Shown: positions 17,602 through 29,190 of the stretch, in pieces
Numbering within the stretch: the first letter of the stretch is position 1
Layout of the letters: each line of letters begins with the position of its first letter
Origin: an uncultured Acidobacteriota bacterium
Lineage (GTDB): Bacteria; Acidobacteriota; Blastocatellia; Pyrinomonadales; Pyrinomonadaceae
DNA: 64,000 nucleotides
Assembly: GCA_963785125.1 (NCBI GenBank)
Contig: CAWATU010000004.1
Location: 51,260 to 115,259, forward strand
Reading direction: 5' to 3'
The notes under the pieces: generated by a model
What the model was told of the DNA's origin: nothing
Databases searched by the model: none
The model's input: the letters and a program-made list of their open reading frames with translations, nothing else
Position numbers and translations under genes: made by a program

Positions 17602-18445
17602 AACTTTCGCCTATCTCTTTCAAGCGTGTGACGACCTGTTCGATGAGCCAGTTGGGCGTCGAGGCGCCGGCGGTGACGCCGACGCGTTGGGCGCTGGCGA
17701 GGTCGGCGGGGTCGATCTCTTCGGGCGTCTCGATGAGGAAGCTGCGCTCGCACTGCTCCTTGCAGACCGAGAGCAGCTTGAGGCTGTTCGAGGAGTGCTT
17801 GCCGCCGATGATGTAGAAGGCGTCCACCTCACCCGCGAGCGCGCGCGCCGCGTCCTGCCGGTCGCGCGTCGCCGAGCAGATGGTGTTGACGACCTGCGGC
17901 TCCGAGTCGGACTTGGCGCGCACGGCCTCCGCCGCTTCGAGGAAGGTCGAGAGCTTCAGAGTCGTCTGCGAGACGACGAGCGGCGCGTGCAGCGGCGGAA
18001 GCGCCGCCACCTCCGAAGCGTCGCGCACGACGCGCGTGTGCGCGGGCGCGTAGCCGACGACGCCGATCATCTCGGGGTGGTCGGGGTTGCCGACGAGAAC
18101 CACGTCGCGCCCCTGCTCGGCGGCGCGCTCGGCCAGCTTTTGAACTTTCGTGACGAACGGGCAGGTGGCGTCGATGACGCGCTCAGCGCGTGCTTCCAAA
18201 TCGCGCTGCACCTGCGGCGTGACGCCGTGCGCGCGGATGACGGCCGTCTCGCCTGAGGCAACGTCGTCGGGCGCGTCGATGGTGCGCACGCCGTCGGCTT
18301 CGAGGCGTTGAATCTCCTGCGTGTTGTGGATGAGCGGCCCGAGCGTGCGCACGGTCGCGCCCTCCGAGAGCGCCCCCTCGACCATCTCGACGGCGCGCTC
18401 GACCCCGAAACAGAACCCGTACTCTTCGGCCAGCAGAACTTGCAT
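17600..18445 (-). CDS. ispH: 4-hydroxy-3-methylbut-2-enyl diphosphate reductase
   Basis: Full-length LytB/IspH: GFCFGVERAV, RAHGV, ATCPFVTKV, VSQTT, NTICSAT, GGKHSSNS. Confidence 0.95.
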   Translation of the reverse strand: MQVLLAEEYGFCFGVERAVEMVEGALSEGATVRTLGPLIHNTQEIQRLEADGVRTIDAPDDVASGETAVIRAHGVTPQVQRDLEARAERVIDATCPFVTKVQKLAERAAEQGRDVVLVGNPDHPEMIGVVGYAPAHTRVVRDASEVAALPPLHAPLVVSQTTLKLSTFLEAAEAVRAKSDSEPQVVNTICSATRDRQDAARALAGEVDAFYIIGGKHSSNSLKLLSVCKEQCERSFLIETPEEIDPADLASAQRVGVTAGASTPNWLIEQVVTRLKEIGES

Positions 18446-18446
18446 A

Positions 18447-18534
18447 GTATTTTCGATTTGCGATTTCAGATTTTTGATTTTGATTTTTAGGCCGGGGCTT
18501 CAAATCGAAAATCAAAAATCTGAAATCAAAAATT
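18447..18534. repeat. AT-rich hairpin of GATTTnn heptamers immediately upstream of ispH
   Basis: Core stem 18462-18486 / 18502-18527 (~25 bp, one bulge) with the loop containing GGCCGGGGC. It fills the spacer between stop 18533 and the ispH start 18445. Confidence 0.85.
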
Positions 18535-18826
18535 ACCCCACGCCTTCGGGCGGCGGGGTCTGTGTGATCGGCTCGGGGGCGGGCGTTCGTTCGCAGCGAC
18601 TCCGCCACTCCTCGCGCAGCCGCTCGGCTGCGGCGAGACTGTCGTCAATCCAGCCGATGTTCTTCTCGGCGAACCAGCGGACTCCGCCCCAGAAGTTTTT
18701 CTCGAACTCGCCCAACTGCCGCGCCGCGTCCGAAGGCAACACCGCGAAAGACGCGTCGCACAGGAAACGCACCGCGTCGCAGAGGGGGTTGCCGGTCTTG
18801 TATCTCGAATCGTTCGTGTCAGCCAT
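18533..18826 (-). CDS. small hypothetical protein
   Basis: Start moved to ATG 18826 (MADTNDSRYK), preceded by GAAGGAGG. Confidence 0.5.
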   Translation of the reverse strand: MADTNDSRYKTGNPLCDAVRFLCDASFAVLPSDAARQLGEFEKNFWGGVRWFAEKNIGWIDDSLAAAERLREEWRSRCERTPAPEPITQTPPPEGVG

Positions 18827-18896
18827 TAGTGGAGAACCTCCTTCTTCCACAAACCATACGGCCGAAACGCCACGCACGTTCCGCGCCAGACAATCT

Positions 18897-19012
18897 TAGA
18901 GAAGGCAGAAGGCAAAGGCAAAGGGGGAAAGGGCGAAAGTAGGACGAGAGACCGCGCGATTCTCATCCACAACTTTTGCTTTTTGCCTATGGCCTTTGCC
19001 TTTTGCTTCTCT
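18897..19012. repeat. imperfect inverted repeat of AAGGCAA-like units
   Basis: Left arm AGAGAAGGCAGAAGGCAAAGGCAAAGGGGGAAAGGGCGAAAG. Right arm ...TTTTGCTTTTTGCCTATGGCCTTTGCCTTTTGCTTCTCT. Related to the 17523 hairpin. Confidence 0.6.
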
Positions 19013-19013
19013 T

Positions 19014-19637
19014 TCAGTCCGATTGGCCGAGCGCGCGCTTCACGGCGGGCCACATCTCGAAGGCCCAGAACTCGTAGCCCTCGTCCGAGGGATGAAAGCC
19101 GTCCGGCGAGAAGAATTCGGGATGCGTCGGGATGACTTCGGCGCTCTTCTCAAAGGTGTCGGCGAGGTGCAGACGGTGGCGCGCGGCCGCGTCGGCGATG
19201 TGCTCGTTGAAGAGGATGAGACGGTGGCGCGCCTCTTCGCGCAGGAAGGCGGGGACGGCCGGCGCGTGCGAGATGTCCGGCAGGTTCGAGACGACAACGG
19301 GCGCCTCCGTCTGCGCGCGCAGACGCGTGACGACCTCTTCAAAGTTGTGCGCGAACTGCTCCGGCGTGGCCTGCCGCACGAGGTCGTTGATGCCGATGCC
19401 GAGGGTGACGAGCGAAGGCGTCGCTTCCCCCACCCGCCCGACCTGCGCGCGCAAAACGTCGCCGGTCGTCGCGCCGCTCACACACAGATTGACGAGCCGC
19501 GAGCCCGGCCGCACACGCTCGATGCGCTCGAACAGACGCGCGACGTAGCCGCCGCCCTTCCGCGCACCGACGCCCACACCCGTCGAATCCCCCAGCGCCA
19601 AGTAGACGATTGGCTCACCTTTAGCTTCACTATTCAT
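19014..19637 (-). CDS. SGNH/GDSL hydrolase family protein
   Basis: Block I GDS (LALGDSTGVG), GINDL, and DGFHPSDEGY (the catalytic D-x-x-H region). Confidence 0.8.
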   Translation of the reverse strand: MNSEAKGEPIVYLALGDSTGVGVGARKGGGYVARLFERIERVRPGSRLVNLCVSGATTGDVLRAQVGRVGEATPSLVTLGIGINDLVRQATPEQFAHNFEEVVTRLRAQTEAPVVVSNLPDISHAPAVPAFLREEARHRLILFNEHIADAAARHRLHLADTFEKSAEVIPTHPEFFSPDGFHPSDEGYEFWAFEMWPAVKRALGQSD

Positions 19638-19669
19638 CTCAACTCATCTCAAATTTCAAATTTGAAAGT

Positions 19670-22504
19670 TTATACGGCAGCCTCGGAGCGCACGGGCTCG
19701 CGGAGGACAGCCGATGCGGCCTGCGCGGCGACGCGGGCGGCGTCGGGGTGCGCGTCCGTCAGGTTTGATACTTGAAGCAGCGACTCGCCCGTGCGCGAGA
19801 GCATGCGGAAGAGGTCGCCCTCTTCGGCGCGCGTGCGGCGGACGAGCGTGGGCCAGTCCATTCCTGCGGCCCAGCGCGCGGCCGTGGCGGCGGCCGAGAA
19901 GTTGATCTCGGGCGCGGGCTCAAGGTCTTGCTGCCACTCGACGCTCGCCACGTCGTAGGCGATGCGGTCGAACTTCGCGAGCGCCGTGATGAGCGCGTCG
20001 TCCATCTCAAGCTCGCCGTAGTCGCGCTCGGCGTCCGCGGCGAGCGCGGCCATCAGGCCGGCGGCGCGCGGCGCGTCGAGCGAGGCAAACAGCCCGCGGC
20101 TGATGGCTTCACCGACGAGGAGCGGGCGGTCTAATCTCAAGTCCGCGAGCCAGCGCCCGCGCTCTGTGACGCGCTCGGCGAAGAAGTCCAGGTAGCCGAA
20201 GTGGTGGAGCGCACGCGCGCGCCGCTCGAAGGGATGCCATGCTTCGCCGTGCACGGCTTCGAGCCTGCGGCCGAGGCGCTCGATTGATTCGGCCTCCTGC
20301 ATGACCGACCACAGGGCTTCTTCGCAGCGCGTGCGCGAGCCTTCGCCGCCCGCGAGCGACTCGATGAGGTCGTTGATGAGCGCGACGGCCTCCTCGGTTG
20401 AGGAGCGCGCCGCGCGCAGTCCCGGCTCGCGCAAAGGCGTCGCGCGGTTCGCCTGCACCAGCTCGAAGGCCGCGTCGCGCGCCGACTCCGAGAGCGCGTG
20501 CGTCTCCTCCCACACACGCCCGATGCGTTCGAGCGCGAGCGTGACCCGCTTGCCGTTGTCGCGCACGCCCGCGAGCCCGTCGCCGCGCCGCTCCGTGACG
20601 AAGACGAGGCGGCGGTTCCCTTTGCCCACGGAGACGACGCGGCCGGGCACGACCTCCTTGTCGAGCCAGCGCAGGTACGCGTCCGTGCGCGTCTGCGGCG
20701 CATCTTCCAGCAGACGCGAGCGGGCGCTCGCCAGACGTTCGAGCCCGCGCGCAACTTCGGGCGGCAGGTCGCAGCCCGCATCGTGCAGTTTCGACTGCAC
20801 GCGCCGCTCTGCCTCCGCGCGCGCGCGCTCGATGCGCGCGACCTCTTCGGCCACGTCGCGGCGTGCGTAGGAGCGCTCGGCGATCTCGCGCACCTGCGCG
20901 AACGTGCCGAAAGCGTCGAGCAGGTTGAGGAGCGTCGTGTAGGTCGCGCGGAACTGGCTCTCCAAAGGGTCTGGGTCTGCGTGCAGCAGGGACGCGAGCT
21001 TCTGCGGGTTCTGATGTAAGCCCGGCGCGGCGACGATGAAGCCGACGCGGTCGCGCCCGCGGCGTCCGGCTCGTCCCGTCATCTGTTGAAGTTGAGAAGC
21101 ACTCAACGTCTGCCAGCCCTGCCCGCGCCGCACGTCGATGTTCTCAAGCACGACGGTGCGCGCTGGGAAGTCCACGCCGGCCGCGACGGTCATCGTGGCG
21201 AAGATGGAGTCGAGCAGTCCGGCGCTCATCAATTTCTCGATGGCGAGCTTCCACGCGGGCAAATGTCCCGCATGGTGCGAGGCCACGCCACCGCGCAGAA
21301 CCATGTCCCAGTGGCGATGCTTGCGCACCTCCGGGTACTGCTCGGCCAGCTCTTCCAGCGCGCGACGCCTCGCCTCACGTCTTTCGGGGCCGACGCCGCG
21401 GCGCGGCGCGTAGGCGGCCTCGGCCGCGGCCTCGTCGCAGCGGCGGCGCGTGGGCAGGAAGATGATGGCGGGCAGAAGGTCGTAGGAGCCGAGCGCCGCG
21501 AGCAGGATGGACGGCGGCATCTCGGGCATCCCGGCGCGGCGTTGAGGGCCGCGCTGGAAGCGACCCTGCGAGCCCTGCCGCTCGCTCTTCGAGGTCTGCA
21601 TGAAGCGCGCGATCTCGTTGTTGAAGTGTTCGTGCTCGTCGAAGAGCGGTGTCAGTCCGCCGTCGGGGAAGAGGAAGGCGGCGCGCAGCGGGACGGGGCG
21701 CGCGCCCGGCCGTGGGATGACGCGGCAGGGGTGTCCGCGCACCTCCGCGATCCAGTCGGCGAACTCTTCGGCGCGGCCGACCGTGGCCGAGAGCAGAAGC
21801 ATCCGCACGCGCGGCGGCGTCAGGATGATGGCCTCCTCCCAGACGTGCCCGCGCTCCTCGTCGGCGAGGTAGTGCGCCTCGTCTAAGACAACGAGGTCGG
21901 CCTGCAACTGTTCGCCGCGCCGCAGAGCATCGAAGAGTTGATTTCGATAGACTTCGGTCGTGCCGACGATGAGCGGCGCGTCCGAGCGCTCCTTGCGGTC
22001 GCCCGTCAGGATGCCGACCTTCTCGTCGCCGAACTCGGCCGTGAACTCGTGAAACTTCGAGTTGGTGAGGGCCTTCAAGGGGCTCGTGTACCAAGCGCGT
22101 TTGCCTTCGGACAGCAGCCGCCGAATCTCCTCGCGCGCAATCCATGTCTTGCCGCTGCCCGTCGGAGCCGTCACCAGAACGTCTTCGTGTTCGAGCGCGG
22201 CGAGGGCTTCGAGTTGAAACGGGTCGGGTTTGAACGGCGCGGGGTCGGGCGCGCCGATGCCTTCGAGGAGCTGGCGCAGAGGGCGCGTGCGCGACTGACG
22301 CGTGGCGACGCGCGAGGCCGAGTCGGCCGCGGCGTTAGCCGCCGTGCGCGACTCTTTGTCCGGGCCGTCGCGCCCTCGCCCTCGCCCTTCGGAAGTTTGA
22401 CGGAAGTCTGTTTGACGAAAGTCGGGCTGTCCTTCGTCGCGGCTTGGCGTGCGATCCTTGGAGGAGCCGCGGCGGCCCCTGCTTCCTCTGCGCGAACGCG
22501 TCAT
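19670..22504 (-). CDS. Ski2/HelY-like DEAD/DEAH-box helicase
   Basis: Walker A APTGSGKTWIA, VLDEAHYL, LSATV and QMTGRAGRRG, with a long C-terminal extension. Confidence 0.85.
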   Translation of the reverse strand: MTRSRRGSRGRRGSSKDRTPSRDEGQPDFRQTDFRQTSEGRGRGRDGPDKESRTAANAAADSASRVATRQSRTRPLRQLLEGIGAPDPAPFKPDPFQLEALAALEHEDVLVTAPTGSGKTWIAREEIRRLLSEGKRAWYTSPLKALTNSKFHEFTAEFGDEKVGILTGDRKERSDAPLIVGTTEVYRNQLFDALRRGEQLQADLVVLDEAHYLADEERGHVWEEAIILTPPRVRMLLLSATVGRAEEFADWIAEVRGHPCRVIPRPGARPVPLRAAFLFPDGGLTPLFDEHEHFNNEIARFMQTSKSERQGSQGRFQRGPQRRAGMPEMPPSILLAALGSYDLLPAIIFLPTRRRCDEAAAEAAYAPRRGVGPERREARRRALEELAEQYPEVRKHRHWDMVLRGGVASHHAGHLPAWKLAIEKLMSAGLLDSIFATMTVAAGVDFPARTVVLENIDVRRGQGWQTLSASQLQQMTGRAGRRGRDRVGFIVAAPGLHQNPQKLASLLHADPDPLESQFRATYTTLLNLLDAFGTFAQVREIAERSYARRDVAEEVARIERARAEAERRVQSKLHDAGCDLPPEVARGLERLASARSRLLEDAPQTRTDAYLRWLDKEVVPGRVVSVGKGNRRLVFVTERRGDGLAGVRDNGKRVTLALERIGRVWEETHALSESARDAAFELVQANRATPLREPGLRAARSSTEEAVALINDLIESLAGGEGSRTRCEEALWSVMQEAESIERLGRRLEAVHGEAWHPFERRARALHHFGYLDFFAERVTERGRWLADLRLDRPLLVGEAISRGLFASLDAPRAAGLMAALAADAERDYGELEMDDALITALAKFDRIAYDVASVEWQQDLEPAPEINFSAAATAARWAAGMDWPTLVRRTRAEEGDLFRMLSRTGESLLQVSNLTDAHPDAARVAAQAASAVLREPVRSEAAV

Positions 22505-22651
22505 ATGCTGTAGATTCTACCGCAGGAACTTTGTGGAAAGCGCCCGCGTAATGCTAACTTTTGTGTGACTTTCGCAACGCCCGGGGGATATTAAGCGTCT
22601 AATCGTTCGTGTTTTGCCGGCGGCCCGGGCGCGCGGAGTTTTTAAAGAAGA

Positions 22652-23764
22652 ATGAGCGAGCTTTTCGACAGATTTGAGATCAACCGTACGCCGCGCTGGC
22701 CGCTGATGTCGCGGCTCGTAGCGCTTTCTCTCGTTGCGCACGGCCTCTTTCTCGTCGCGGTCGTCTACGTCCCGACGGTGCGCAGCATGCTCTACGTCGC
22801 CTCGAACGTCTCCGGCATCAAGCTTGTCAGCGAGGATTACGACCCGACGCTCATCGGGCAGCGCGCGACCATCGTCAAGTTCGAGCCGCACGAGAAACTC
22901 TATTACCCGCCCGACTACTTCGGCGCGCCCGAGGTGGCCGAGACGACGCAGCTCGACGCGTTGGTCGTGCAGCAGTTCGTGCCGCCGCCGCCGCCTGCGC
23001 CGGTCTACAGGCCGCGCCGCCCGCGCGCCCCGCGCGTCATCACGACACCACCCGAACCGACGCCGACGCCGGAAGTCGCGCAGGCTACGCCGACCCCTTC
23101 GCCCGCTCCCTTGACCGAGGCGGAGAAGCAGGCCGAGGCCGAGATGGAACGCATCGCCAGGGAGAACGGCATCGCGCGCCCGCCCGGCAACATCAACACC
23201 AAGCCCTTCGAAGACATCGCCGTCAAGGGCAAGGAGCTGTTCGACCAGGGCAAGCTCAACCTCGACACCTCCCTCGACGTGACGGCCACGGGCGAGCTGA
23301 ACGAGGACGGCACGCTCAAGCCCGAGACGGTCAAGCTCGACTGGGGAGCGACGCCGCCGAGCGACCAGAACACCGCCGACCTCGCGCAGCAGCTCATCAC
23401 CGCGATGAGCCAGAGCCGCGTGCTCGTCGTCCTCAAGGGCGCGAAGGACGTGCGCATCTCGCTCAAGCTCGACCAGCAGACGGTCAAGATCGCGGTCATG
23501 AGCGACCTGCCCACGGAGGACGATGCGATGAAGACCGCGCTCGGCCTCTCGACGATGGTCGCCATCGGGCGTAGCGCCAAGAAGGGGACGAACGAGGGCA
23601 CCCTCTACGAGAACCTTAAGTTCGACAACCAGGGCAAGCAGTTCGCCATGAACTTCGAGATGCCGAAGGACGCGGCCGGCAAGATGATTACCGACATGCT
23701 GGCGAAGAAGGTCAGCAAGCCCGCCGCCGCCACCGCCGCGGCGACCCCGCAGGCCAGGAGCTGA
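22652..23764 (+). CDS. membrane-anchored proline-rich hypothetical protein
   Basis: N-terminal TM (LVALSLVAHGLFLVAVVYV) and a P-rich linker. The C-terminal domain is paralogous to the next gene. Confidence 0.6.
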   Translation: MSELFDRFEINRTPRWPLMSRLVALSLVAHGLFLVAVVYVPTVRSMLYVASNVSGIKLVSEDYDPTLIGQRATIVKFEPHEKLYYPPDYFGAPEVAETTQLDALVVQQFVPPPPPAPVYRPRRPRAPRVITTPPEPTPTPEVAQATPTPSPAPLTEAEKQAEAEMERIARENGIARPPGNINTKPFEDIAVKGKELFDQGKLNLDTSLDVTATGELNEDGTLKPETVKLDWGATPPSDQNTADLAQQLITAMSQSRVLVVLKGAKDVRISLKLDQQTVKIAVMSDLPTEDDAMKTALGLSTMVAIGRSAKKGTNEGTLYENLKFDNQGKQFAMNFEMPKDAAGKMITDMLAKKVSKPAAATAAATPQARS

Positions 23765-23803
23765 GCGGGCTCGGAGAAACGCTTGAGAGTCAAAGAACGA
23801 ACC

Positions 23804-24565
23804 ATGAGGGAATTCTTCAGCACCATCTTCCACACGGGCGAGGCGCCGCAGGGGCGGGGCGAGGCCGCGCGCCTGTTCGCGCGCTTCGCCGTGCTCGGCG
23901 CCTTCGTTCTGGGAATAGCGCCGGGCGGCTGGGCGGCGCTTGCGCAGGCGCGCAAGACCGGCTCCGGCACCGCCGCCGCGACCGACTCGGGCGTCAAGAA
24001 GACCGCGAAGACGGAGGCGCCAAAAACGGAAGGGCCGAAGTCCGAAGGGACGAGGGTCAACGTCAAACCCATCAAGGCGTTCCTCTCGCGCTCGAAGAAG
24101 CTGCACGAGGATGGCAAGCTCGACCTCTCGAAGCCGCGGTCGATACTGGTCGTCGGCGAGCGGCAGCAGGACGGGACGCTGACGAACGTCCAGATCACGG
24201 GCGAGTCGGCCAACGACCCCGCGCTGCGCGCCGTCGCGCAGGACTTCGTCGCGTCGGTCAACGACAGCCACGCGCTCGCGTTCCTCTCGGACGTGTCGCG
24301 CGTGTCGATGACCTTCACGCTCGACGGCGAGCGCTTCAAGGCGCTGACGGCCTCGGATGCGCCGACGGAGGCGCGCGCCGAGGAGATGGCGCGCGGCTAC
24401 CGCATGCTCCTCAACGTCGGACGCCTCGCCAAGCGCGGCACCGACGAGGGAGCCCTCATGAGCGGCATGAAGGTCTCCGCGAGCGGCAAACAGCTCCTCA
24501 TGAACCTCGACATGCCGCGCGAGCAGATGGGCAACATCCTGCTGCGCCAGATCACGCCGAACTAA
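23804..24565 (+). CDS. secreted hypothetical protein, paralogue of the C-terminal domain of the upstream gene
   Basis: ATG 23804 (MREFFST). KRGTDEGALMSGMKVSASGKQLLMNLDMPREQMGNIL aligns with KKGTNEGTLYENLKFDNQGKQFAMNFEMPKDAAGKMI of the preceding protein. Confidence 0.6.
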   Translation: MREFFSTIFHTGEAPQGRGEAARLFARFAVLGAFVLGIAPGGWAALAQARKTGSGTAAATDSGVKKTAKTEAPKTEGPKSEGTRVNVKPIKAFLSRSKKLHEDGKLDLSKPRSILVVGERQQDGTLTNVQITGESANDPALRAVAQDFVASVNDSHALAFLSDVSRVSMTFTLDGERFKALTASDAPTEARAEEMARGYRMLLNVGRLAKRGTDEGALMSGMKVSASGKQLLMNLDMPREQMGNILLRQITPN

Positions 24566-24745
24566 CGCCGCGCAGGCGCGAGGCGGCGGCCCCCGGCCAC
24601 TGCCTTGCGCCCCTTCCGGTCGCTCACATACAATCGAATATCGGCATAAAGTCGCGGACGGCGGCGGGTCTCTACAGGGTGACAGCTCCCTGCCCCGCGG
24701 CCGCGCGGCTCGGAGAGGGGGCGGCTCCCCGGCGGGACTAAAACA

Positions 24746-27580
<2,835 letters not shown>

Positions 27581-27595
27581 GATAGAGGCATCCGT

Positions 27596-27650
27596 CTTGG
27601 TGCTATGATGAAGGCGGGGTAAGGCTGTCGGAGCCGCCCCGCTTTCTTTC
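27596..27650 (+). terminator. secA terminator hairpin within a ~51-nt duplicated segment (copy 1)
   Basis: AAGGCGGGG...CCCCGCTTT stem followed by a TTTCTTTC tract. The segment is repeated at 27997-28047. Confidence 0.6.
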
Positions 27651-27675
27651 TCAAGCTGCGCTTTGCAAGGTCGAT

Positions 27676-27950
27676 ATGCCCCGCGCGCCGAAACTCCTGC
27701 TCCTTATTCCCGCCCTCGCCGTGCTGCTCTGCGCGGCCGAAGCGCGCGCCGTCGTACAAGGCGAAGACCGGGAAGAGATTCGAACGCTGGCTCAGGCGGT
27801 CGCGGGCGAGAAGAAGAAAGACTCCGAGACCTGGTTCCGACTCGGCATCGAATACAACCGCGGCAGGCGATCAAGTTCACGCCCGCCACGGTCAACGGGA
27901 CTCCCGTCTCGCAGCGCGTAATTTTGGAATATAACTTCAGCGTCTACTGA
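27676..27950 (+). pseudogene. internally deleted, frame-shifted remnant of a TPR + TonB-C paralogue
   Basis: The frame starting at 27676 gives a signal peptide plus a TPR start (MPRAPKLLLLIPALAVLL...WFRLGIEYN). The other frame (27663..27950) ends in ...QAIKFTPATVNGTPVSQRVILEYNFSVY, which matches the C-terminus of the 29191..30267 protein (KIRFTPARVGDAPVSQYVVLEYNFNIY). Confidence 0.65.
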
Positions 27951-27996
27951 CGCGCGGGTCGCGGCCGCGAACGCCTGAGCAGGCGCCGGCGGCGTT

Positions 27997-28047
27997 GTTG
28001 GTGCTATCATGAAGGCGGGGCAAGGCCGTGGGAGCCGCCCCGCCTTC
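27997..28047 (+). repeat. duplicated hairpin-containing segment (copy 2)
   Basis: GTTGGTGCTATCATGAAGGCGGGGCAAGGCCGTGGGAGCCGCCCCGCCTTC is nearly identical to 27596-27646. Confidence 0.7.
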
Positions 28048-28083
28048 ACCTTCAATTGAGGGTCTAAGTTTTAAGGAGTAGTT

Positions 28084-29178
28084 ATGCCTCGCACGCTGAA
28101 ACTCTCGCTCGTCATCTTTGCGCTCCTCTCACTCTCGGCGCCCGCGGCGCGCGCGCGGCAGGGCGCGCCCGACCCGCAGTTGGAGCAGGCCGTCAACCTC
28201 TACCGGAAGGGGGACGTGAAGGGCGCGGTTAAAGAGTTCCGCGCCGCCGTCAAGCGCAGGAAGGATGACCCACTCGCGTGGGCCTACCTCGGGCAGGCGC
28301 TCGCCCAGAGCGGTGAATCGAAGGAGGCGCGCAAGGCGCTCGACACCGCGCTCAAGCTCAACCCCGATTACGCTCCCGCGCATTCGAGCCTCGCCTATCT
28401 CCACCTCGTCAACGGCATGGAGCGTGAAGCCGAGGCCGAGGCCGTGAAGGCGCTCGCGCTCGACAACAATCTGAAGAACGCGCACTACGTCCTCGGGCTC
28501 GTGCGCCTGCGCCAGGGCGCCTGGCTGAAGGCGCTCGAAGAGGCGGACGCCGTCATCAAGCTCGACGCCGCGAACGCGGACGCCTACTCGCTGAAGACGC
28601 AGGCGCTCGTTGGCCTCTACGAACGCGCCAGCGCCGTCATTGCCGAGGAGCGCCGCGGCGCCTACGACTACGACGAGGCAACCATCAGAGACGCGCGCGC
28701 CGTGCAGACCTCGCGGCTCAAGGAGGCGTCCGAGAGTCTGGCCGAGTACCTGCGGCTGAAGCCCGACGCCGCGGACGCCGCGCTGATGCGCGAAGAGTTG
28801 GAGTCGATGCGCTTCTACGCCGCGGCGGGCATGAACGCCGCCGACCCGGCGCGTAAGATTTACGGCGCGCGCGAGGGCATCAAGCGGGCCGAAATCCTCG
28901 CCAAGCCCACGCCCGGTTACACTGAAGAGGCGCGGCGCGCGAACGTCTCCGGCGTCGTCCGCCTTCGCGTCGTGCTCGGCTCGGACGGCAACGTCAAGCA
29001 CGTCCTCGTGCTCAGGCGACTGAGCCACGGGCTGACGGAGAAGGCCATCGAGGCAGCACGGCAGGTCAGGTTCAACCCGGCGACCCGCGACGGCCAGCCT
29101 GTCTCGCAGTACGTCGTGCTCGAATACGGATTCAATCTTAACGAACGCTTCATACGCACCGGACGCACCGGCTGGTGA
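28084..29178 (+). CDS. TPR repeat protein with TonB C-terminal-like domain
   Basis: Signal peptide, TPR repeats, and C-terminal NVSGVVRLRVVLGSDGNVKHV...RFNPATRDGQPVSQYVVLEYGF. Confidence 0.8.
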   Translation: MPRTLKLSLVIFALLSLSAPAARARQGAPDPQLEQAVNLYRKGDVKGAVKEFRAAVKRRKDDPLAWAYLGQALAQSGESKEARKALDTALKLNPDYAPAHSSLAYLHLVNGMEREAEAEAVKALALDNNLKNAHYVLGLVRLRQGAWLKALEEADAVIKLDAANADAYSLKTQALVGLYERASAVIAEERRGAYDYDEATIRDARAVQTSRLKEASESLAEYLRLKPDAADAALMREELESMRFYAAAGMNAADPARKIYGAREGIKRAEILAKPTPGYTEEARRANVSGVVRLRVVLGSDGNVKHVLVLRRLSHGLTEKAIEAARQVRFNPATRDGQPVSQYVVLEYGFNLNERFIRTGRTGW

Positions 29179-29190
29179 AGCTCGACGGCG

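Noticed and set aside
18897-19012. DnaA-box-like TCATCCACA at ~18963
   Set aside because: It is a single near-match inside a repeat element, with no clustering.
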